Origin: Paraphysomonas bandaiensis
Taxonomy: Eukaryota; Protista; Chrysophyceae
Direction: 5' to 3'
Assembly (NCBI GenBank): GCA_965644295.1
Contig: CBFFRP010000617.1
Coordinates: 1 to 30,116, forward strand
Length of the DNA stretch: 30,116 bases
Part shown: positions 11,440 to 20,600 of the stretch, piece after piece
Position numbering within the stretch: the stretch's first letter is position 1
How the letters are laid out: every line of letters starts with the position of its first letter
Made by a program: the position numbers and the translations under genes
Notes under the pieces: model-generated
What the model was told of the DNA's origin: nothing
What the model saw: the letters and a program-made list of their open reading frames with translations, nothing else
Databases searched by the model: none

Positions 11440-12484
11440 AACATGAGGCTCTGATGGTAACGCTCCAGTGTCCCTCTGCATATGCTTCGGAAGGGCCTTT
11501 CCGAGCTGGTCCATTTTACTGCTATCAATTATGCAGTATGCGTAATAGTAAACGTCCGAGTAGTTTGTGCAGAACTTGCACCACTCATCGTAGAGATTTT
11601 CGGCTTCCTGGTTTCCACTTCGTCTAAAATTTTCGAATATCTATACGTATGTTGTTAATTAGCGTAATATTGTACGATAAGTATATATATCATTATTTAC
11701 CTTAGTTAAGTTGCTTCGAATCTCTCCGATAGTTTTTCTTATCCAACCTCCATCTCGTTTAGGTCGTCCAGGTGTGCTGGGATTTAGTTCAAAACACTTC
11801 TTAGCTATTGATTCAAGTCGCGGAGCAGGCCTATACGAACAATGGAATGATATAGTTTACTCACGAAAGTATACAACATACTGATAGGGCACTTTGCGAA
11901 TGCCGTCCCATCATACATAATAGTCTGGTTCTGAAATAACAAACTCTCATCATTGAATAGAGCGGCCAGTTGCTGCCAGGGATCAGCCTGGGTGGCAACT
12001 TCTTGCCCCTGTGCATCCAGCTCTCTCCTATTCATTGGGTGATATGCTCTAGTCCATTGAGCTTGTGCTGATGGCAGCACGTATAAGTGCATCAAACGAC
12101 ACCTATAAATATTCACAATTTATCAGATATACTAACCCTAAGCAGTAATATTACACCTATCGTGCTTGTTAGTGTTCTCGGCGCGGGCACTTGCTTCAGT
12201 AATAGATGCAGCTGATTCAGACAAAGCACTAGAGTCTCAACAGCCTTCTTCACACACTCCGGAAGTGAAATAAAGAAGGTATGAGTCTTGTTCTGTTGTA
12301 ATTGACTCATCTTATCCCAATCTGGGTAAGATGAGAAGAACGGTTTCTTCTCCGGGCATTGTTCTGCCTGCAATTTACGCAATTGTGTCACAACGTAGTT
12401 AGGGTGACACATGGGCCACCCTGGGGGCACCACAGTGTCCCCTTGTCTCATATCAACGTCACTGCTATGGTCGGAGCTGATCAT
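11440..12484 (-). pseudogene. Harbinger second (putative DNA-binding partner) gene, spliced or decayed
   Basis: ORFs 12113-12484 and 11805-12116 (RLMHL..RRELD..WQQLAALFND) plus a downstream piece RRSGNQEAENLYDEWCKFC. It lies opposite the transposase inside the TIRs. Confidence 0.6.
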
Positions 12485-12812
12485 CTTAAAATTTAAATGA
12501 ATACTTCTAATTTAAATGCTCGAAGTGAGTGATAGACAATACAGCGGTATAAAGCCGTATAAAAAATTTTTATTTCATGACATGAAAATCAAAACTTGTG
12601 CAATGAAACCAAAAACTTTATGTGACAAGATGAGAGGAAAGTGTCGTTTTGGTTTGTATAAGGACGTCGCACGACATTTCTACAAAAAAAAATACTAAAA
12701 AAATCGTAGGACGATGTCGTTTTGTTTTGTATAAGACGGCCCTCACTTATCAATAGCTATACAACCCGCCCCCACCAAAGCCCACCCGCACTCACCAACA
12801 CCATGTATCCGA

Positions 12813-13535
12813 ATGTATCAATCTGATGTGACATTCCCAAATGATTTCACGGGTTTGAGATCGGTGTTTGACGGTCAAGATATATTTGATACTCATATGA
12901 CGAAAACTTATTCCGCGGGCAGTGGTCCAACCGCATATGCAAACGGAGACTACAATTTGAAATGCTCTTCATATGGTAAGTACAGGACGGTAGATCCTTT
13001 AAATTCATGTAACTTATTATTTGATGATAGTGACGAGACTTTCTGGGGCAATAACAGAAATAACACGGGCCCGAATGGTATAGACAATTATAGAGACGGT
13101 GTTTTTTATGCGATGCCATCTGGTGAAGCTTATGATGGAACAACCGGCAATTATATAGGCAGTAGTGGAACAGATTATTACTTCTCAACAATGTATGATA
13201 CATCACACTCCATTGATGGAGAATGGGTGCAAATACAATTGCCTTTTAAGATGCGATTGACATTTATATCAACACAGGAAAGAAGCACACAACAGGAAAG
13301 AACAATGAAAGCTTGTTATATCCTTGGTTCCGATGATGGAACAACATGGAGTTATATAGATGACGTAGCATTTCCAGCAACTCAAGACTCAACTTTATAT
13401 ACTGAGCCGGTGACAACAACAAAGAGATATTCAATCATACGGATTGTAATCGCATCTGCCGGTTATATTATGTTTAATACGATCAACTTTAGATTGACAG
13501 GTGATACGTGGAGTCTTGAGTCGTCAACTGAATAA
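12813..13535 (+). CDS. Discoidin/F5-8 type C-like (galactose-binding fold) protein, virus-like
   Basis: GEWVQIQLP and YILGSDDGTTWSYI motifs; intronless, Y/G/T/N-rich. The real N-terminus may lie at 10460, before the Harbinger insertion. Confidence 0.7.
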   Translation: MYQSDVTFPNDFTGLRSVFDGQDIFDTHMTKTYSAGSGPTAYANGDYNLKCSSYGKYRTVDPLNSCNLLFDDSDETFWGNNRNNTGPNGIDNYRDGVFYAMPSGEAYDGTTGNYIGSSGTDYYFSTMYDTSHSIDGEWVQIQLPFKMRLTFISTQERSTQQERTMKACYILGSDDGTTWSYIDDVAFPATQDSTLYTEPVTTTKRYSIIRIVIASAGYIMFNTINFRLTGDTWSLESSTE

Positions 13536-13631
13536 TGTTTCTTTCTAGTATAATATATTACACGGCGGCGAGTATGAGTGGAAGGATATATCGAAATCCA
13601 ATTTGAATCGATTTTCTTGTGAGGTGTGAGG

Positions 13632-13847
13632 TTACTTCGTCAAAAGCAAGTTTGCAAAAAAACGGATTGCTTTCTTCATGATACGACGGAACCATTTGTA
13701 GTTTTTAATTTTTGGCATGAGGAGTTGGATCATTTTGCGAATGATATCTTCGTCACCGCTGAAGAAATCGGACACACATTCGATGACAAGTCGTTCGCGG
13801 AATAAACCCCGTGATTTCCCCAAGATGAAATTTTCAACACATTGCAT
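13632..13847 (-). CDS. Small hypothetical protein with basic amphipathic C-terminus
   Basis: 71-aa ORF in a gene-dense virus-like module, ending KWFRRIMKKAIRFFANLLLTK. Confidence 0.45.
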   Translation of the reverse strand: MQCVENFILGKSRGLFRERLVIECVSDFFSGDEDIIRKMIQLLMPKIKNYKWFRRIMKKAIRFFANLLLTK

Positions 13848-13909
13848 CGTACACGCGTATGTGTACTCATATCAAGGGTTAATGGGACCCGCACACCCCG
13901 CACCCCGCA

Positions 13910-14461
13910 ATGGATCCGTATAACAGAGGTAGTGGAAAAGTAAAACGCGGTGGTTCGTTTTTACTATCCTAATACATAAACGAATAGAACTAGGAATTAC
14001 AACATCCTCGCAGTTGACTCGATTGGGAAAACAAATGGGGTTTCGAATATATGAGGTTGGTAAACACCAATTAGCCAATCGAACTCCCATTCAAAATGAA
14101 ATGATTATCGTCAACATCGATGACGGCTCTAAAGGTACACATTGGGTCGCCATATTTTCACAGGGTAAACGCTATTTATATTTCGACTCCTTTGCCCTCG
14201 CGCCACCAACAAATATCGCGGCGTATATTAAACGTGTGAATGGAAACAAAAAAATACCCTACAACAATTCCAAAAACTACAGGATCCTCGTGCAGAATCG
14301 TGTGGTTATTGGTGTGTGCTCTGGTTGGACTATATGAGAAAGCGATCCATATTCTGACAAAATGGTCACTTACCCGAATTCACAACGTATTCACTTCACT
14401 ATTCAATAATGTAGAACAAAACGAAATCATATTGTACAAACTATACTCCGGCTTTTTTTAG
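13910..14461 (+). pseudogene. Adenain-like (clan CE) cysteine maturation protease, polinton/virophage type, frameshifted
   Basis: IIVNIDDGSKGTHWVAI (His), YFDSF (Asp), YNNSK, then after a frameshift in an A-run near 14272 LQDPRAESCGYWC (Gln, Cys). The tail FNNVEQNEIIL is in a third frame. Confidence 0.85.
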
Positions 14462-14687
14462 TGCTCTACTAGTAAAAGTAGATGATTCGCAACGACATAA
14501 ATCCACTACCCGAGCCACCACGCCCACTGCAACACTCACGCGATGAAGGCAAGTCGCAGCCACCACTCGTTCCCAATATAAACGCGTCTTCGGGGTTCTT
14601 TTTGAAGGAACGGAACAGGAAATAAAACGAATTCGAGACGAGAAACATGCGTTCGAATTTGTTAAAGCAGTTCGTACCCATCTAATG

Positions 14688-15335
14688 TTATTCGACAAAT
14701 CGCAAAACAAATACAGCGACCGGATATTGCTGCCCTGTGACCGAACCACCGACATAATTTGAGGCCGCTTTTTTACCTACTTTGCTGACGCGCTTGGCTA
14801 CCTTTGCATTCACACCGCGGTTGACCGCTTCTTCCTCGAGACGATTGACCGCTATATCTGTGAGTGACTCGCCCACCACCGCTTTGGATGCTTTGTTGGC
14901 AAGTGCCGCTGCTTGTTTTCCTTCTTTGATTGCTTTTCCCAAATTGATCTTACCTCCATGTTTGTTTTTCGCGTCAATCAATATATCGGAAGCTCGATGG
15001 GATACACTTTCAGGAACAAACATTCCCAAACATTTATCGACCCCTTCGCGGATAAGTACGTCGCTGACACTTTCACCAAGAACCCCCTTTGATGCTTTAT
15101 CGACAACTTTGCGGATTTTGTTTGCTTTCTTTAGTGTTTTACCGAGTTTGAATTTACCACCCTCAAAATCACTGAAATCCTCGGCGGAAATGCGTACCGT
15201 TTTTCCACGTGAACGGTTGAGTTTATTAGCGATGGCGGGGTTTTGTAAGTCATGTGAAGTAAATTTGGACTTATCGATTTGAACGACTTTTCCGTCGCGT
15301 AGTTTTGCTTGTTGAGTTGGGGTCAATTGTGGCAT
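14688..15335 (-). CDS. Basic putative virion core/membrane precursor with three regularly spaced GG motifs
   Basis: Lys-rich 215 aa, N-terminal LTPTQQAKL, GG at aa 59-60, 127-128 and 196-197, internal duplication of about 68 aa, adjacent to the protease gene. Confidence 0.6.
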   Translation of the reverse strand: MPQLTPTQQAKLRDGKVVQIDKSKFTSHDLQNPAIANKLNRSRGKTVRISAEDFSDFEGGKFKLGKTLKKANKIRKVVDKASKGVLGESVSDVLIREGVDKCLGMFVPESVSHRASDILIDAKNKHGGKINLGKAIKEGKQAAALANKASKAVVGESLTDIAVNRLEEEAVNRGVNAKVAKRVSKVGKKAASNYVGGSVTGQQYPVAVFVLRFVE

Positions 15336-15402
15336 TAGTTTTTTTAATAGTGTGCATATATAAAAAACGTTAAACTGCAGTTAAACGAGCACCTGTCAAA
15401 CC

Positions 15403-15689
15403 TGCCCCATTCTGAGCGCGTACTTAGGTAGATTCGGATGGGGGTCGGGTGGGTACCTAACTAATATTTGATTTAAGTCGCATACGTTATTTGCTAGCTA
15501 CCTACTGAACCCAACTAGCTACATCATTATCACATGGTATTCAGCGCTGAATATGCAGTGAGACCCCGGGTGGGGTAGTGCTGAACTAAGCAATGTGTAC
15601 ATAGGTAGAGGCGATCAATCGCAGCAGCACTCAGCCGCACCCACTAGGGGGCCGCACGCAGTAATTAGTTACGCTGTCAATATGGGGCA
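15403..15689 (-). repeat. 287-bp inverted repeat, right copy
   Basis: Reverse complement of 9778-10064. Confidence 0.95.
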
Positions 15690-16000
15690 CATACAGGACC
15701 TTATGACAATACATACTGACGGTGACTTGTAGAGCAGTGGCATCATACAGTCTTTTCAGGGTTTGGATCACGTCGTGCTCCTTATCAGGATTATTGGCGT
15801 CATATCACACACACACCATTCGAGTCAGTTGCATTAGAAGGGGATCGTGATACGCTGAGCCGAGTGATGTACATACACGTGTGATTGGAAGACTGGCATT
15901 CAAACAGCTAAGGTTGATTTGTTGGATCCTTTCCCAGAAGTGTTTGCATTGTGAAGCGATATGTCCTCCTCTATTCCATCACATCTGACACACTTACGAG

Positions 16001-16436
16001 TGTGCATATCGATTTTATCAATTTTGTCATTGAAAAGTCATGGTTTTTTCATTGAAAAGTAAGAAAAAGTGACTTTTTAATGAAAAAACCATGACTTTTC
16101 AATGAAATAAACGATGACCAAATCTATAAAATCGATATGCACAACCACCCCAATGTTTGGGTTTATTGAAGCGGTTTCTGAAAGATGTCCCTTTTTTTGC
16201 GCTTGGAAATCGATTTATTTCGGGAAAATAGGGGTTTTGAAGCTGAATACTGTCGGTTTTTGTGTCTTCTTTGCTTGATAGCTCAGAGCGTACCAACAGA
16301 CGAGCTTTAACCCACACAGCAGGTGGTTGTGCATATCGATTTTGTCATCGTTTATTTCATTGAAAAGCCATGTTTTTTTCATTAAAAAGTCACTTTTTCT
16401 CACTTTTCAATGAAAAAACCATGACTTTTCAATGAA
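16001..16436. repeat. Nested foldback/MITE-like inverted repeats
   Basis: 16001-16143 has 18-bp TIRs TGTGCATATCGATTTTAT and internal TCATTGAAAAGTCATGG palindromic arms. An inverted second copy lies at about 16322-16436. Confidence 0.8.
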
Positions 16437-16599
16437 TGAAACAATGACCAATTACGATCGTAATGCATGTTTTGTAATCATCAATAGGATGCAATTGATA
16501 TCAATAGACCTTAACGGACTCGTGATATCAAGTCTCAGTCACTTATCAACTGACCTTTGTTGATTTTTATCCTCTGGAACTGACCGAATCAGATCAGTG

Positions 16600-17219
16600 A
16601 TGACGTCATTTGTTGTGTTCCATCTCCATCAGGAACGTTCTTCATGATTCTGACCAATCATAGAGCTTGAAATGACTGACCATACATGTGTAGATACTGG
16701 TAGAGTCCTCGTCATCTGAGTTTTCTCCTGCTTCAGGCTTGATTGGATAAACGATCTTGGGCTTGCAATAGAACCATGTGCGGCTCTTCTACCACCTGGA
16801 GAAGTTCTTCGCATCGTATATCGGCATTGAGTCTTTTCGCTTGTTGGTTGTCGAATCCGAGTCGGTTGAGTCGTAACTTGTAACTTTAACTGACATCTCG
16901 CTACCAAATAAAGAATTGATCTTAGTAATATAGTAAATCAATGTTGTGATTATTAGAGTGTAAAGTAATGAACACAGTAGTGAAGTGAAAATTATGAATA
17001 ACAATATATTGAATGTCTGATTATTTAGCAATAGGCGTTGAAAGCCTGCACCAATTAGTGGCTAGAAGAATGCTAGACAAACTATTCGATTAGGGTTAGA
17101 CCTCTACCCGTAACTAATCAATAAATAACAATATAGAACATAACTATCATGCACAACGGAATAGTTAGAAGTGGAACTGATAATGACGACAATATGATGA
17201 CGATTATGTATCTTCGACA
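16600..17219 (-). mobile_element. Truncated, decayed copia-like element (putative LTR, PBS, start of gag)
   Basis: PBS TGGTAGCGAG at 16906-16897 followed at once by ATG. The frame reads ...MPIYDAKNFSRW, resembling a copia gag N-terminus, then hits stops. The LTR boundary at 17219 (TGTCGAAG) is a guess. Confidence 0.55.
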
Positions 17220-17637
17220 GATACTCTCTCTAGCAAATTCAGTTCATGATATATTTCATTGAACATTATAACTCACAGATACAATCTTGTATAAAGCTGA
17301 GTCCTAATAATCTCAACAAGTAAAATTTGCTTACTAGGAGCGAGATGACCATCTATCTGATCATTATGAGTGTAGCCAACAGAAGTCGTGAGGGCGGAAT
17401 GGCAAACAAACTGGTAAATACTAAATAGATTATTCCTCGACATCGCCTAACTAACCAGCTCCTAGTAACTAGCAACCACCCATAACCAGCCAGCAGACTT
17501 GCATTGCATTATGATATATATTCTCGACTACTTCTTCAATATTACAAACCTAGAAGCCAACGATCAAGGCAGGCAAGTATGCATAACTACAGCTAAATTC
17601 AGTCAGTAAATCATCAACCATCTAGCTTTTATTCACC

Positions 17638-20600
17638 TTACACTAATACCATATCCTTGATCTGCTGCTTAGCAGCAGCATGTCCTTGATCTGCTGCCAG
17701 CCGATACCATCTCACGGCCTCAGCCTTGTCCACAGACACTCCTTCGCCATTAGCATAGCACACTCCAAGGTTAAACTGAGCAACAGCATTTCCTTGATCT
17801 GCTGCCAGCCGATACCATCTCACGGCCTCAGCCTTGTCCACAGACACTCCTCTGCCATTAGCATAGCACATTCCAAGGTTAAACTGAGCATCAGCATTTC
17901 CTTGATCTGCTGCCAGCCGATACCATCTCACGGCCTCAGCCTTGTCCACAGACACTCCTTCGCCATTAGCATAGCATATTCCAAGGATAAACTGAGCAAC
18001 AGCATCTCCTTGATCTGCTGCCAGCCGATACCATCTCACGGCCTCAGCCTTGTCCCCAGACACTCCTATGCCATTAGCATAGCACATTCCAAGGTTACGC
18101 TGAGCAACAGCATGTCCTTGATCTGCTGCCAGCCGATACCATCTCACGGCCTCAGCCTTGTCCACAGACACTCCTATGCCATCAGCATAGCACATTCCAA
18201 GGTTACAATGAGCATCAGCATGTCCTTGATCTGCTGCCAGCCGAAACCATCTCACGGCCTCAGCCTTGTCCACAGACACTCCTCTGCCATTAGCATAGCA
18301 CATTCCAAGGTTAAACTGAGCATCAGCATTTCCTTGATATGCTGCCAGCCGATACCATCTCACGGCCTCAGCCTTGTCCACAGACACTCCTTCGCCATTA
18401 GCATAGCATATTCCAAGGATAAACTGAGCAACAGCATCTCCTTGATCTGCTGCCAGCCGATACCATCTCACGGCCTCAGCCTTGTCCCCAGACACTCCTA
18501 TGCCATTAGCATAGCACACTCCAAGGTAAAACTGAGCAACAGCATGTCCTTGATCTGCTGCCAGCCGATACCATCTCACGGCCTCAGCCTTGTCCACAGA
18601 CACTCCTCTGCCATCAGCATAGCACACTCCAAGGTTACACTGAGCAACAGCATCTCCTTGATCTGCTGCCAGCCGATACCATCTCACGGCCTCAGCCTTG
18701 TCCCCAGACACTCCTATGCCATTAGCATAGCACACTCCAAGGTAAAACTGAGCAACAGCATTTCCTTGATCTGCTGCCAGCCGATACCATCTCACGGCCT
18801 CAGCCTTGTCCACAGGCACTCCTCTGCCATTAGCATAGCACACTCCAAGGTTACACTGAGCAGCAGCATCTCCTTGATCTGCTGCCAGCCGATACCATCT
18901 CACGGCCTCAGCCTTGTCCACAGACACTCCTTCGCCATTAGCATAGCACATTCCAAGGTTAAACTGAGCATCAGCATTTCCTTGATCTGCTGCCAGCCGA
19001 TACCATCTCACGGCCTCAGCCTTGTCCACAGACACTCCTTCGCCATTAGCATAGCATATTCCAAGGATAAACTGAGCAACAGCATCTCCTTGATCTGCTG
19101 CCAGCCGATACCATCTCACGGCCTCAGCCTTGTCCCCAGACACTCCTATGCCATTAGCATAGCACACTCCAAGGTAAAACTGAGCAACAGCATGTCCTTG
19201 ATCTGCTGCCAGCCGATACCATCTCACGGCCTCAGCCTTGTCCACAGACACTCCTATGCCATCAGCATAGCACATTCCAAGGTTACAATGAGCATCAGCA
19301 TGTCCTTGATCTGCTGCCAGCCGAAACCATCTCACGGCCTCAGCCTTGTCCACAGACACTCCTCTGCCATTAGCATAGCACATTCCAAGGTTAAACTGAG
19401 CATCAGCATTTCCTTGATATGCTGCCAGCCGATACCATCTCACGGCCTCAGCCTTGTCCACAGACACTCCTTCGCCATTAGCATAGCACACTCCAAGGTA
19501 AAACTGAGCAACAGCATCTCCTTGATATGCTGCCAGCCGAAACCATCTCACGGCCTCAGCCTTGTCCACAGACACTCCTTCGCCATTAGCATAGCACATT
19601 CCAAGGTTACGCTGAGCAACAGCATTTCCTTGATCTGCTGCCAGCCAATACCATCTCACGGCCTCAGCCTTGTCCACGGGCACTCCTCTGCCATTAGCAT
19701 AGCACACTCCAAGGTTAAACTGAGCAACAGCATCTCCTTGATCTGCTGCCAGCCGATACCATCTCACGGCCTCAGCCTTGTCCACGGGCACTCCTCTGCC
19801 ATTAGCATAGCACATTCCAAGGTTACACTGAGCAACAGCATGTCCTTGATCTGCTGCCAGCCGATACCATCTCACGGCCTCAGCCTTGTCCACAGACACT
19901 CCTTCGCCATTAGCATAGCACACTCCAAGGTAAAACTGAGCAACAGCATCTCCTTGATATGCTGCCAGCCGAAACCATCTCACGGCCTCAGCCTTGTCCA
20001 CAGACACTCCTTCGCCATTAGCATAGCACATTCCAAGGTTACGCTGAGCAACAGCATGTCCTTGATCTGCTGCCAGCCAATACCATCTCACGGCCTCAGC
20101 CTTGTCCACGGGCACTCCTCTGCCATTAGCATAGCACACTCCAAGGTTAAACTGAGCAACAGCATCTCCTTGATCTGCTGCCAGCCGATACCATCTCACG
20201 GCCTCAGCCTTGTCCACGGGCACTCCTCTGCCATTAGCATAGCATATTCCAAGGTAAAACTGAGCAACAGCATTTCCTTGATCTGCTGCCAGCCGATACC
20301 ATCTCACGGCCTCAGCCTTGTCCACGGGCACTCCTCTGCCATTAGCATAGCACACTCCGAGGTTACACTGAGCAACAGCATTTCCTTGATCTGCTGCCAG
20401 CCGATACCATCTCACGGCCTCAGCCTTGTCCACGGGCACTCCTCTGCCATTAGCATAGCACACTCCAAGGTAAAACTGAGCAACAGCATCTCCTTGATAT
20501 GCTGCCAGCCGAAACCATCTCACGGCCTCAGCCTTGTCCACAGACACTCCTTCGCCATTAGCATAGCACATTCCAAGGTTACGCTGAGCAACAGCATTTC

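Larger units (their letters stand above)
10478..12742. mobile_element. PIF/Harbinger DNA transposon (internally deleted)
   Basis: TIRs GCGCCGTCTTATACAAAAC / GTTTTGTATAAGACGGCCC, 3-bp TSD TCA on both sides (10475-10477, 12743-12745), and two convergent genes. Confidence 0.9.
9778..15689. mobile_element. Inverted-repeat-bounded segment carrying polinton/virophage-like genes
   Basis: 287-bp IRs with TG...CA outer ends. Flanks TATAC/CATAC match at 4 of 5 bases. Internal genes include an adenain-like protease and a GG-motif precursor. Confidence 0.6.

Noticed and set aside
14441-15282. ORFs 14441-14755, 14469-14681 and 14782-15282
   Set aside because: Overlapping or antisense to better-supported genes, or without recognisable motifs. 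The true coding frame at 14470-14690 could not be determined.
9778-15689. Complete Polinton/virophage or DIRS element
   Set aside because: No recognisable capsid, packaging ATPase, pPolB, integrase, RT or tyrosine recombinase, and far too short.
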